Part shown: positions 28,250 through 42,059 of the stretch, in pieces
Position numbering within the stretch: position 1 is the stretch's first letter
Layout of the letters: each line of letters begins with the position of its first letter
NCBI RefSeq assembly: GCF_006345805.1
Contig: NC_042997.1
Coordinates: 173,228,001 to 173,292,000 of the forward strand
Direction: 5' to 3'
DNA from: Octopus sinensis
Lineage: Eukaryota
DNA: 64,000 bases
The notes under the pieces: model-generated
Seen by the model: the letters and a program-made list of their open reading frames with translations, nothing else
What the model was told of the DNA's origin: nothing
Database searches by the model: none
Translations under genes and position numbers: made by a program

Positions 28250-28682
28250 TAAGCTTTGAACAAAATGTTACTGGAAGTTTGAAAATGCAGTCAAAGCACA
28301 AAGACAGTTTAGGAGGGAAGTTTCAAACAGATCCACCTTCAGGATTTGAATTAAGAGATAAATATGAAGCAAGATGGAAATGTCCCAGAAGACGACATGC
28401 AAAAATACTAAAAAAAAAGTATAGCCAGTGTTCACAGAAATCTGTGCAGTCAAGTATGTTGTGAGATAAGAATCTCAAAATCAAGGGTTCATTGCATTTT
28501 GAAACATTGTCATTATGTTTCATTCCAAATAGTGCTTGCACTCAATGATGATGATCCAGACCAAAGGGTAGAGTTTTGGAAGTGGTACTTGGCAAGACAT
28601 GTAGAAGACGCATACTTTCCAACAAGGATTGCTTAGAGTGATGAGGCTACATTTGAATTAAATAACACAGTTAACTGCCACA
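28250..28682 (+). mobile_element. Decayed N-terminal half of a mariner-type transposase
   Basis: Peptides YWKFENAVKAQRQFRRE(fs)FQTDPP and [45 protein letters not shown], i.e. an HTH region plus the first catalytic (W)SDEA motif. Confidence 0.8.
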
Positions 28683-28724
28683 AAAAAAGTCATGGAGAAA
28701 AAAAAAAAAGAAACTAATCATATA

Positions 28725-29138
28725 GGCGCAGGAGTGGCTGTGTGGTAAGTAGCTTGCTTACCAACCACATGGTTCCGGGTTCAGTCCCACTGCATGGCAC
28801 ATTGGGCAAGTGTCTTCTACTATAGCCTCGGGCCAACCAAAGCCTTGTGAGTGGATTTGGTAGACGGAAACTGAAAGAAGCCCATCGTATATATGTATAT
28901 GTATATACATATATGAGTGTGTGAGTGTATGTTTGTGTGTCTGTGTTTGTCCCCCCAACATCGCTTGACAACCGATGCTGGTGTGTTTACGTCCCCCGTA
29001 ACTTAGTGGTACGGCAAAAGAGACCGATAGAATAAGTACTAGGCTTACAAAGAACAAGTCCTGGGGTCGATTTGCTCGACTAAAGGCGGTGCTCCAGCAT
29101 GGCCACAGTCAAATGACTGAAACAAATAAAAGAAAAGA
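28725..29138 (+). mobile_element. SINE family A, older subfamily, representative copy
   Basis: Same architecture with different diagnostic bases (CCAACATCGCTTGAC, AAAGCCTTGTG, GTAACTTAG). Related copies at ~155-500(-), 9630-9975(-), 14424-14830(+), 18812-19194(+), 26715-27050(-), 41000-41358(-), 47695-48113(+), 50135-50487(-), 60612-60965(-), 61653-62125(+). Confidence 0.88.
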
Positions 29139-29159
29139 ATATTCCATGAAGAAAATGAC

Positions 29160-30320
29160 TTGCTAATGACCAGCATGGTCATCAACTAGGAAGAAGCAGC
29201 TTTACACAGCTCCTACAACACAATGATTGGATGTTAAAACAGTTGCTCGCCCTTTAAAATAGCAATATATCAATATATCTCAATTTTGTGAAAGCCTTTA
29301 ATAAAGTCAGTCACAGAATGATATCATAACCTGCATGATCTTGGCACAGTTGGAAAACTATATTAATGGCTACATGGCTTTTTAAAACAGATTCCTGACA
29401 GTTGTAACCAATGGGGCTATCTTCCATGAAACAATAATAATGATAGGAGCCCCGCAGAGTATGATCTTCAGGCCACTGCTAGTCAGTGACACTCATACAT
29501 GCCCTTAGTTATGCAGAGAGCAAAACTCACTAGATATGCACCACGAGGTACAAAAGTATCACAGATGATAGAGAACCTGGTAGATGCTATGCACCTGCAA
29601 CATGACTTACATCATACATATAAATAGGCTGAAGAAATTAAAATTCAATTTAATGCTGAAAAATTCTAAATCCTCAACTATCAGTAGACGAAATTCAATG
29701 CAATGCTGAGAAAATACTTTGGATCAGAAGAAATTGCAGCCCAAGAATCACAATCAGTATGTGACCCAGGTATTAATATAAGTAATGATGCTTCTTTTCA
29801 TGTGCAGATTAAGATGTCAATGAAATGTAGGTAGCTAGTCAGATAGATGCTAGGAACTTTTAGAACTCAAGGGCAGGAAACCATGATGGTCCTCTGGAGA
29901 ATATTTGTCCACAGCTATCTAGATTATTGTCCCCATTTGTGGTTCCCGTACAGTGTAAAATTACTGGGACTTAAAGCAATCCAAAACTACAAAAAAAAAA
30001 AAAATTGCCTTGGTGAAACAGATCAGCTACTGAGAAACCAAAGATGGAAAAAATATGCAGTAATGTATGGCTGGAAAATCCTAGAAGGATTTGCATCAAA
30101 CTTTGGTATTGAAAGCTATATTAACCCTCAAACAGAGCACCAGTGCAGAGTACCAAAGAGCCAATCCTTGCAATTGAGATCAAAAACCAGATATTGCATA
30201 AGCTTAGGAAAGACTGAACTGGTGTGTAGTTCAGGGAAGACTGCACTGGTATGGTCATGCGATGTGTATGGATGTGGACAGCTGCATAAAGAAGTGCTGA
30301 TCACTCAATACAGATGAAGC
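29160..30320 (+). mobile_element. Decayed CR1/L2-group LINE reverse-transcriptase fossil
   Basis: Peptides IYLNFVKAFNKVSH (cf. YLDFAKAFDKV.H), GAPQSMIFRPLL (cf. GVPQG.VLGPLL) and LDYCPHLWFP (cf. LDYCSQLWSP), with many stops. Confidence 0.8.
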
Positions 30321-31376
30321 TTATGGAAGAGGGTGACCCAAGTTAACATGGGATGCAGTTATGAAGGCTGATTACAGGTAACCTTGAACCTCACACAGAG
30401 ATAACAAGGTAGTGGGATGATTGGCAGTTCTCAAAAAGACCTGCCCAACTTGGAGGTGACTAACTTCTGAAAGTTCTGTGTGTGTGCATGTGTGTGTGTT
30501 TGTGTATACAGCTGCCCCTTCACCAAAATTTCCTCCTGAAGGTACCATTATCACCTTCCATTTCTCCAGCTGCAGCTTTTCTTTGGATACCATTAATCTT
30601 CCAAACTGCCCCAAACCGTTTCATGATATTCATCCCTCATTCTTAATACTGTCCTCACCATCCATATTTTACATTCCACCCCCCCAGCTATCAAATCATC
30701 TCACCCCAATCATCATTACTATTCTACTTTTACTATTCTTCATTACATTTGGTTACCCCTACGCCTTACCTACCGCAGCCTTATCCAATCTTCACCTACT
30801 CTTCCCTACTTCCCCTATTTAGATCTGCTCAATACTTGTTCTTAATTCATTATAGTTATTTACTGCCTCACTATTACCCATCTCTCACTTGTCCATTCTT
30901 GCAACCTCCATCCACCTATATTCTCTGTTATGTTACCATTCACTTCTACTCACAGATGCCTCATCACTACTATTTTCCACCTTCCTCCAGTCACTCCCTA
31001 CATTATATTCTAAAATGTGAGAAGCCATGTGGCTCCTCTACAACAAGAAACCTGTTCTGATCTGGTCCCTTCTCTCATACTTTAACTCTTTGTCTCCTAG
31101 CAGAAAATAAGGTCACTATCTCAGGGTTCATTGTTTTACAAGCTGTGTGGCAACCTTACAAATTCTGATAGCATGAGAAAAGCAGCCAGTACATACTGTA
31201 AATTGGTTGGTGTAGGAAAGGTACACAGCCATACAGACCATGCCAAAGTAAACAGTGGAGCATGATGCAGTTCTTGGACCCATGAGATCCTGCCAAATGA
31301 TCCATCCCATGCCAGCATGGGATAAAGGTATTAAATGATGATCATGATGATATATACATATGCATACATATACACG

Positions 31377-31412
<36 letters not shown>

Positions 31413-31833
31413 AACACACACACATGTACACATACACCTGTACATATATATATGCATATTATATACAGAATGATGATCCCTACATCTTTACAGGTATTAT
31501 CAATCTCAATCATATTTCACCTTGATCATCTCTATTACATCTCAGTGTGCTCTGAGATTACTCTTAAGACTTAACAGTTGACCTGATGTGCTTCAAGTAT
31601 GTATAATAGATTAGATTCAAAACATTTACAGGGTTTACACATAGCTTACGAAATTACATACAGTACAGTAATTTCGCGCAGGCTTACACAGCCAGTTCTT
31701 AATAGGAAATGTTGGTCACAAAGATTACATTTCCAACTCTATCTTATCAGGTGCATCCACAATACCTCCCTTTTTCAAAGTATGTTTCAACAGTGCATGC
31801 TACTCTTTGGCTAGCTCAAAGTGCACAATACCT

Positions 31834-32060
31834 ATTTCTTTAGCCACAAGGGGCTAAACACAGAGGGGACAAATAAGGACAGACAAACAGATTAAGTCGG
31901 TTATATCGGCCCCAGTGCGTAACTGGTACTTAATTTATCGACCCCGAAAAGATGAAAGGCAAAGTCAACCTCGGCGGAATTTGAAGTCAGAACGTAATGG
32001 CAGACAAAATACAGCTACGCATTTCGCCCGGCATGCTAACATTTCTGCCAGCTCGCCGCC
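31834..32060 (-). mobile_element. SINE family B (tRNA-type head, Meta/Sauria-like core) with a 16-bp TSD
   Basis: TSD AAAGTGCACAATACCT at 31818-31833 and 32061-32076. The family B-box is GAGTTCAAATTCC. Other copies at ~10010-10141, 16395-16763, 17310-18035, 19817-20040, 27133-27345, 35970-36115, 36420-36633, 37760-37925, 54720-54893, 57640-58335, 59490-59810. Confidence 0.9.
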
Positions 32061-32321
32061 AAAGTGCACAATACCTTCCTACAACAGAGAACTCCATCTA
32101 TTTCTATCACTACTTATTCCTCCCAGAACTGAAAATCTATTTTCATTTTCACTGAGTGGCTGCATTTGAATTTCAGCACACTTTTAGGTATCCTTTGTTG
32201 GGGGTAAACAGTAAAAGAAGGCACTCTAAAAACATGCATATATGGTCTACATCCAGTTGCTGTAGTTTCCACAGCCTGTCACTGCTTACTCAGATAAGAC
32301 AGACTGAATGTGTATATTACA

Positions 32322-32376
<55 letters not shown>

Positions 32377-34291
32377 CAGTGGTCTGTTAACCTGGTAGAA
32401 ATACCAGCCAAATCTTAAAGACACACTAAATAACATAATCATCCATACAATATATGTGAGAAGAAAGATGGAATGGTTACGTCAGGAATGTCTCTTGTGG
32501 AAGTACTATTGAATCAGAGGTTATCTGGAGTTAACCAACAACAGAAACTGAAACAAGCAAATGTATTCATAAATCAAGAACAAAACAGACAATGATATGT
32601 TGTTCTTTCCATACTGTCTCGGCAACCCATTTCAAAATCCATTCAGGAGAACCTAAGAGAAAGTTCTGAGATTTCAAATAGTCATGAACAACAGAGATTC
32701 ATATGGTTCTTTTAAATAGAAGGCTTTTTCAATGTAAATAATAGCTTCTTGTTTTTTGCTAACAAAATTTAACATTAATACTGAAGGTACAAGTTCTGCT
32801 GGGCCAGACAAGTTGCAAAGTTTACAGACAACAGGAGAATCCAATGCAGCTGCTGAGAGGTATCCAAGGGATTGAAAAAGGCCAGGTGGAAGCCCTGGAA
32901 GCCCTCAATGACAATTGGAAGATGATTTAGTAAAAACCATTTGGACCAGCATGTAAAGAAAGAATTGGAAGCTCATTGTGACCAGCAGTGTATAACATCC
33001 GATAGTGTGATAGAGATGATAGGTGAATATAGCAATATCATACATCATTGTTTAATGTCTGTTTTCCATGCTAGCATGAGTTGGACGGTCCAACCAGGAT
33101 CTGGGAAGCCAGGAGGCTGCACCATATAAAAATACAACTTCTGAGAATAACAAGAAATATTTCAGGAGTGAATGACTTAAATAGAGCTTGATGAAACAAT
33201 AAAAGCAAAAAAAATATTCAGTTCAAAGTTAAATTTTTGTCATCTGCATTTATGCTTTTTCATTTGTAACGAACTGAAGATTTTAGAGATTGTGTAATGC
33301 ATGTCTGTGTGTATGCATGCATGTGGATATACATAACCAGTGTAAGGGAAGGATTATTTATATATATATATATATATACTGTTCAAAGTGAATCAATGTT
33401 TAATTCAGGACTGCTGGTATTTAGCAATATTATCAATTGTGGAGAGAGTGGAGTGCAAAAAAAAAACACGACGAATTATGTTTTGAACTTAAGCAAGAAC
33501 TGAATAAAAAAACTTGAAACTATTCTTTACAATATTTGACCATTTCTGCAACATCAATGAACCAAGTAACTTCTTATAATGCTAAAAATAGTTCAATTTA
33601 CCATTTATCAAATGTTACTGATGTATTATTAGCTTACACAATGTTAAAAAAAGTGTCTTCCTCGTTCGTGCTTAATGAAAATGTACTCTACATTTATTAA
33701 CATATATATGGGATGAATACAATGTATGATAATAACAAGGATGTTCATTTAAACAAATAAAATTTTAATGAATGCCATTTTTAAATAAATGGCACACACA
33801 AGTGTGACTGGGGGGAGACTGTGTAGTTAAGAAGTTTACTTCCCTATCACATGGTTTTGAGTCCACTGCATGGCATTTTGTGCAAGTATTTTCTACTAAA
33901 ACCTCAAACTAACTGAAGCCTTTTGAGTATATTTGGTAAAACGAAACTGTAATAATTATGTACATACATGTGTGTTTCTTGACATCGTGTGATTGTTATA
34001 AATGAATATCATTCATATACAATATTGTGTGAAAACATGTCAGGCCATGAGGAAATATTATATTGATTGAACAGATGTAAGAGTTGGCAACAGGAAGGGC
34101 ATCCAGCCATAGTAACATTTTCAGAACTATACAACTGCAAGGTTTATTGTTTGAATCTCTAGCAATGCTTCCAAACTACAAACACTTTACATAAAAATTA
34201 ATAACCATCAAATAAAGCAATAATCAATAATGGCAATGATCATGATTGTACTGGAAGAAAAAGGTACTGTACGATAAGAAATAATTTAATA

Positions 34292-34673
34292 AACCAAAGT
34301 TCCAATCTAAGAAGGGTCCAAACTATACCACTTCTATTCTATTTAGCTGCACTCCCACAGGAACTGGCCATTAATGAATAATAACAACACAGGCACAGCA
34401 CCCGCGGTTTTCCGGGGAAGGGAGCTGTCGATTAAGACAATATTTTATTATCGATCTGAGGGACAACAAGCAAGATTTGAACCAAAGTTCCAATCTAAGA
34501 AGGATCCAAACTATACCTCTTCTATTCTATTTAGCTGCACTCCCACAGGAACTAGCCAATAATGAATAATAATAACAACAACACAGACACAGCACCTGCA
34601 GTTTTTAGGGGAAGGGATCTGTCGATTAAGACAATATTTTATTATCGATCTGAGGGATAACAGGCAAGATTTG
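34292..34673. repeat. Tandem duplication of a ~190-bp unit
   Basis: Unit 1 is 34292-34479 and unit 2 is 34480-34673. They differ by scattered substitutions and small indels. Confidence 0.9.
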
Positions 34674-37600
34674 AAAGATGAATGAGGAGCCAACCCTAAC
34701 ACAATACCCCAGGACATTTTTTGCAGAGGAACTAATGATTCTGCCAATAATAATGATAATTTCAATATTATCATCCTATATTATCATATCATTATTTAAT
34801 GTCTGTCTTGTGTGAGTATGTTTGTGTCTCCTTGTCTTGCCATATTGTTGCTTTAAATGACTGTTATTCATTTCCAATATTCTGGGAAAGCATATCTGCC
34901 CATGGGGAATTATTACTTTGCTTGGAAATGAGGTAGATGATTCAACAGGAAACTTTACAATATACTGATACTTTTCCGAAAACTAAGAGACAATATAAAT
35001 TTGCAACATGAAACTGAAACAAACCAGAACTGGGTCTAAATAGTTTTGACTCTTTCTTGTTTTCTGACAACAATTTTGCAGTTTAATAAACATAATTAAC
35101 AAAGTAATGCATACAAGAGAAATTTTTTGCAAGGGAAACAGATTTTTAAGTAGATGTGTGCATGTATATATAATTGAGAGAGAGTTAGCAAGTGAGTGAG
35201 TAGAGTGAGTAAGAATGTGTTTGTGTGGTATCTTATTTCACATAAAAAAAAATAATTTCAACAGTTAAGATTTAAACCAGGGTTGACAATGAATCGATAC
35301 CTTGATTTTCTTTGCTAATAAATGCTTTCATTTTCATACAAATCTCTGTCTGTTGTATGTGCATATTGGTTACACACATGGAAATAAGTTCCGAAAAACA
35401 AAGTATTCAAAGTGTGTATATTTGCACACACATTGATCCAAGTGGAAAGAAGGGGCAGAAGAGGAAAGAGATCAAGGGATAATATATGGAAGAAATAGGG
35501 GAAACTGGACCTCAAGAAGCTGAAACTTATGAAGCAGATGACATAAGCATCAATAATAGATGAGACTTTGTGTTAAAGACCAATTCAACACATATTACCA
35601 GAATAGAAAAACAGACTCATAAGTGTGTGCTGAACTGCACACAGCCAACTGGCTGCTATAGCAAAACAACGCTTCATACATACTCTGCAGAACAGAGAAA
35701 TCAGCTAACAACACCATTTGAAAATTTCCAGAAGGGACCTTAAAACCGAAATATTGACATTCAAGGTAAAAGTACAAACTATAGACCTGTATTATTTCTT
35801 ATAACTTGCACTGTTTTGGTTTTATAAATAAATATATTTGAAAACATATCTAATATATAAATGAGTGAAAGATGTGTATCAGATATATACAGCATATTGC
35901 ATTCAACATACACATATCTAAATTCATACACACACTTTGTGTGTAATTCTCTTTAAATCTTGAGTGCCCAAGTGGTACTTAATTTTATCGACCCTGAGAG
36001 AATGAAAGGCAAAGTCAACCTCTGTGGTATTTGAACTCGGAACGTAAAGGAATCGAAAGAAATGTCACTGAGCAGTTTGTCTAATATGCTAAAGATTTTG
36101 CCAGCTCACCATCCAGTCAATTCTTTGCAATTACATAGTAACCACCAATGAATAAAATTCTTATGCTACTAGCCCAGTAGATGATCAATTTTGACACTGT
36201 CAATAGTAGGATACACATGTATGGATTATATGAGAATAAAATTAAAGCGATTTTACTTGCAGTATAGTCATATGGTCATGTGTGTATATATATATACACA
36301 TATACACACACCTGTTTCACCTAGTCAATGCTATTTTTTTTTCATTCATTGATATGTATATGATGACAATCCTTTGACTTGTGTCATAGGTTTTTCAGTT
36401 CTCTCTCATATACTTCAATACCTATTTCTTTACTACCCACAAGGGGCTAAACACAGAGAGGACAAACAGATTAAGTCGATTATATCGACCCCAGTGCGTA
36501 ACTGGTACTCAATTAATCGACCCCCGAAAGAATGAAAGGCAAAGTCGACCTCGGCGGAATTTGAACTCAGAACGTAGCGGCAGACGAAATACGGCTACGC
36601 ATTTCGCCCGGCGTGCTAACGTTTCTGCCAGCTTGAGCTTAACCAGATTCATACATCTCAACAATGACTTTCACACACTTTTTAATTAATTACCCAATCA
36701 CAACAATGTGGATTAAGAAAAATTTAATTAGGTCAACCGCAGACTGGTGTAGTCAATAAAGAAAACAAAAAATAACACCTTGTGATTGTTTGATTCTCTA
36801 CAATCTATTGACGAATTTTTATCTATTACGAAAATTGCTTTATTGAAACATTTGTATTGCATAACAAAAATTAAATTAGATCGACAGTTTTAATTCTTTC
36901 AAATGGTGGCATAAGTTGTTTTGTAAACAAGAAGCTGACTACTGCTATTTTAAACAGTATAGAAATTGAACCATCCAGAATCACTTATTCATATCCAAAT
37001 CAAATGTTTACACTTTATCAACTCTTTCACTTTAAATGGAGAAAAAAAAACAAAAAAAAAAAAAAAAAAACATGCAATATATCAAATTTAAAATTATTTG
37101 CATATGCAATTAATTGGAACCATTCCTTCCGAGCACAAAACACATTGTAGACTTTCTTATCAGACAACAGATGGCGGGGGGGGGGGGGGATACAACTTCT
37201 TGTAGAACAACCTGTGCAGAGCATTTTTTTTTGTTTATAGTGATCAAATGTTTGTGTTGTACATTAAGCTCATGCCCTCCATCAAATTGACATTGCCTGT
37301 ACAAGCGCATGGTGTACCACACGTCAGATGTCAACGTGATTGTAAAGCAGAAGTATTTTATATATATATACATACATATATGTAGCCTTAAAGATATATG
37401 AGCATACACACACACATGCACATACACACACACACACACACACACATGCATTGTGTATATGAACAAAACAGACACAATTTGTAACTATTTCAGAATTATA
37501 AACAATATCTTTTATATCTTAAGAACTGTTTATCAGTCTTTGGCTTGCATCATATAATCATAGAGCAATGTCCTATATAATCAATATAGTCACTTACTTT

Positions 37601-39729
37601 GAGAGAAGAAACAGTCAATTTTACTAGTGTTTTACAGCTACTATATCAACCTTGGAAGGAAAACTATCATCTCTGCTTCATAAAGCATTATTATTATTAT
37701 TATTGTTGTTGTATAACCATACCAGCATGTAAATGGTTATAAAATGATGACAATGTTTGTTACTGAGCTGGCAGAACTGTTAGCTTGTTAGGCAAAATAC
37801 TTAACAGTATTTCTTCTGACTCTTTATATTCTGAGTTCAAATGCTGCCAAAGTCAACTTTGCTTTTCATTCTTTCAGGGTCGATAAAATAGCAGTTAAAT
37901 ACTGAAGTTGGTGTAATTGGCTACCCACTCCCACTAAAATTGCTGGTTGCTTGCCAAAAATTTACAACAAAAATTTATAACAATTATTATTATCTAAGAT
38001 AGGCACAAAGCCAACAGTTTGGTTAAAGAGGATTACTAGATCAAACAGACCTTAGTACTTGACTGGTACTTTTTTTATTGACCCTGGGAATATAAAAAGA
38101 CAAAAGTTGAACTCAGCAGGATTTGAACACAGGGTAGGAAAAAAGCCAAAACAAATTCCACAATAATAATAATTTATTTCCCACTTGAACGATAGATAAG
38201 GGGATAATGCAAGGACAAGCCCAATCATATAAATAAAAACAAAGAAAAGACAGAAAGAAGAGAGGAGGTTACCAAAGGCAACTCTTTCTAACACAACCGG
38301 GTTTGCACTAATTACAAGTCGTGTCCTTCAACCTACAAGTGTAGGATGAATGTAGTCTTTTTTCACCCAGATCATACTCTCACATATTTGAGTAAATGTA
38401 AGAGAAACCAACAATGATTTCCAACATTAGCATGAGGGCACATATTTGATGGACAGGGGAATACAGTAGAATGTGTAATGGTAATATTATCTATCTCTGG
38501 GGATAGCAAGATAGAAAGACCAATAGAGAAACAAGCACAAATTCTGAACAGAGGTTGTTCCATATTTTAATGACTCAGAGTGTGTAATAAAGCATGTTTT
38601 AATTTTTTTAATAATAGATATTTCTTTTCATAGCCAAGGGGCCCCAACACATTGGGAAAAATGCAAAAGTTGAATGCATGGGAGAACAATAAACAAGAGA
38701 AATTAGGATTTATAAGTAAAATAAAAAAAAATTTAATTTCAAAATACAAATACAAAGGATGGGGGGATAAGTTGATAAAAACTATAGAATTGAAATAGGG
38801 AAATAAAACCGCAGTATATTTCTGGTACCTATTTCCATACAGACCACGAGAACAGAGCATGCAGTTTCATAATCAGAATGGTTCATGACCACTAGTTAGT
38901 AAGCAATGTGGTAAAATGCCGCATAACTGAACATTGGTGATAAAAATCAAGATTTGTAACTACTTACTTTAATTCTACTACATGTATAAGGCCTCAGCTT
39001 AGAGCAATTTAATAAACTCTAATACCTCTATTGAGTAGCGCTCTAATACAATTGCAATCAGAGTGGTTGGCATTAGGAAGGGCATCCAGCTGTAGAAACT
39101 CTGCCAGATCAAGATTGAAGCATGGTGCAGCCATCTGGTTCACCAGACCTCAATCAAATCGCCCAACCCATGCTAGCATGGAAAGCAGACGTTAAACGAT
39201 GATGAAGATGATGATGTATGCACAAGCATATGAGAGAGAAAGATTATTGTATAAAGGTACATGTGAAATTAAAATCACCGAGAGTCATGCATGATGTGGG
39301 AAACAAGGGTGTGACTATGCAGCTTTATATGTCAACATTGATGTTGAAAAATCACCACGTGGAGCTTTTGACATCAACAACATACAATCACCTGTGTATA
39401 TTCATATAAAAAACATATGTGCAGTGCATGTATAGGTAACTTCCCCATTATTGACAGCCGATTTATATTTACTAAAAGCATAGTAAATAATCACATATTT
39501 ATATAAACATGTGTTGTGCATGTGCAAGTGTGGGTGAACCACAAATAAAATTTTGAAGGCTTCAGTTATGAAACCTTCATCAGAGAGTCAGAAGGCCACA
39601 TAACTGAAACTTCCAACTGTCAGCCATTATTTGTATAAATGAAATAAATATGTTATTCCACTGCTAAGTATTGAGCAATCCTTCAGTTCTAATGTTTATT
39701 TTTGTACACAAACATAAAAGTAAACATTA

Positions 39730-39789
<60 letters not shown>

Positions 39790-39790
<1 letters not shown>

Positions 39791-40970
39791 TGTGGTATGT
39801 CTCAATTTCGTGAAGGCTTTCCATAACCTTCATCACAGAACACATGCAAACAAGACATATATCACATAACTGGAAAACTGGGGGAATGTCTGCAGGACTT
39901 CTTAAAAGGTAGAGGGTGGAGAATCTCTCATAGTCTAAGGAATTACTCAAAGAAACTGTCTTATAGCTCATAGTGCCCCCAGCTGTAGAGAGAGCCCCCT
40001 TTACACTGGCTACGCTGATGATATAAAAGCATCACATGCAATGAAGAACTCTGATGATGATGATGCATACTTCCAACAAGACCTGAATACAATATATAAG
40101 TGAGCAGAGGACAGCAATATGCAATTTAATGCTGGAAAATTTCAAATGCACCAATTGTCAACTCACAAACACTAACACACTGCAACAAAGCTACACAGGA
40201 CTAGCAATGAGGTACTGCAGTGTCAGCGTTATAAGTACATAAGCTTGGAATCAATATGAATGATGATGCAACACTTCAAAGTGTATACAACTAAGATGGC
40301 TATGATGTGTAAGTAACTGGATGAGTGAATTTGGAGATCTTTCGGAGTAAGACACGAGGATCTCAAGATGGGGATGGGTGAGGTGGGGACAGTGTTGCTT
40401 TGTTATTTGGACTGTTGCTCCCAAATAATGCTCACCCACTGCATAGTGGCTAAATTAAAAGCAAAAATTCAAGCAACCATGTGCTGCTACACCAAATAGG
40501 TTGCCTCAATGCAACAAATGACCCACAAGGAAAGGCCAAAGAAACTAAAACTGCACTTCCTGGAGCAAAGGCAAGAAAGATATAGTGATGTGTATGTGTA
40601 AGATCCTTGAAGAGCTGGTAGCGAATTTCAGCATTAAGAGCTACACTGGTCCCCAAACTGGTTGCCACAGAATAGTGTCAAAAGTCCCGCATTTCCTACA
40701 TAGATCAAGATCCAAATACTACAATAAATAGCTAAGCATTTAAAGGCCCCACAGCTTTTCAATAACCTGCTGAAACATTATGGGACCATATGTAGGGTGG
40801 ATATTGATGTCTCTAAATGCACTTGGACACTCTACTAAGACCTTAGATGAACCTGCTTCACAACAAGAGACACAAATGAGAGCAGTGGTATCAAACTCTT
40901 TTATCCATCAAAAACCAATGTAACAATATTAATGGCAGCCCAGCATGGTCACAGACCACAAGATAGAACA
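39790..40970 (+). mobile_element. Second decayed CR1/L2-group LINE fossil
   Basis: Peptides VVYLNFVKAFHNLHH and FQQDLNTIYK*AEDSNMQFNAGKFQ. The 3' part resembles the 29.2-30.3 kb relic. Confidence 0.75.
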
Positions 40971-42059
40971 AATAAAAGTGTATATGCATATACATATATT
41001 CTTTTGTTTCAGTCATTTGACTGTGGCTATGCTGTAGCACAGCCTTTAGTTGAAGAAATCAACACCAGGACTTATTCTTTGTAAGCCTAGTACATATTCT
41101 ATCAGTCTCTTTTAACAAACTGCTAAGTTATGGGGATGCAAGTACACCAACATCAGTTGTCAAGTGATGGTGGGGGTACAAACACACACACACACACACA
41201 TATGTATATATGATGGGCTTCTTTCAGTTTCTGTCTACCAAAACCACTCACAAGGCTTTGGTTGGCCTGAGGCAATAGTAGAAAACTGTTGCCCAAGGTG
41301 CCACGTAGTGGGAATGAACCTCGAACCATGTGGTTAGTAAGCAAGCTACTTACCACACTATATATACAAATTATTTATAGAAACACATATGCTCCCGACC
41401 CCACAAACAAACACTTATTACAGAAAGTGGCAAGATCTTGGAAATGGAATAATCAGAGACCCAGGATGTGTAGCAGATAAGGAATAAGTGTATGATGATA
41501 CGTGAGTGAAAACAGGGTTTAGACAGGTGATACAAAAGGGGAGAGTAAAGGGTTCAATGTAACCTTCTGCATCAGATATGGGAAGGAGAGGTCAAGTGAA
41601 GATAGAGATTGGGGGTGGGGTATGGAAAGTACTTGGACCCCATACTAGTGAACAGTACAAATAGATGTTGATGAGAGGACCAAATAAGTACAGTCATACA
41701 CTGCGAGCAATGTATGGTGGGCAGAGGAGATCTGCCAACAGTGAAATTAGGAAGAGGAGAGAGTGACTAATTTGTGTGAGAGGAGTTATAGAGGCATGGG
41801 CACAGAAAGAATAAGGTAAAGATATGGGCAAAAAAAGAGACAAATGTGACAGTGAATGAGTGGTAAAGATGGGTGACAAGATGAAGAAGGGTAAGCGATA
41901 GAGTGATAGCAGAGAAGGGTAAGTAATGGGGAGTGACAGAGGAGAGGGTCATAGAGGTGTTAGGTGAGAGAAAGGCTGACAAAGAGGCCAATAATGTGAA
42001 TTTGACAGCATGCAGAGAAAGATAGAGAGACAAATGAGGGCATGGAGAAAGAAGATATG

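Noticed and set aside
32115-32129. 15-bp minus-strand micro-exon (tttcag|TTCTGGGAGGAATAA|gtaagt)
   Set aside because: The signals are strong, but there is no supportable partner exon and the nearest downstream acceptor is only ~40 bp away. Chance cannot be excluded.
37096-37116. Palindromic octamer/homeobox cluster ATTTGCATATGCAATTAATTG
   Set aside because: A short AT-rich motif that is expected by chance in this composition. There is no conservation data.
39555-39615. Degenerate CTGATGA...GAA hammerhead-like remnant
   Set aside because: The stems and GAAAC-GTH cannot be completed. At most it is a decayed Penelope end.
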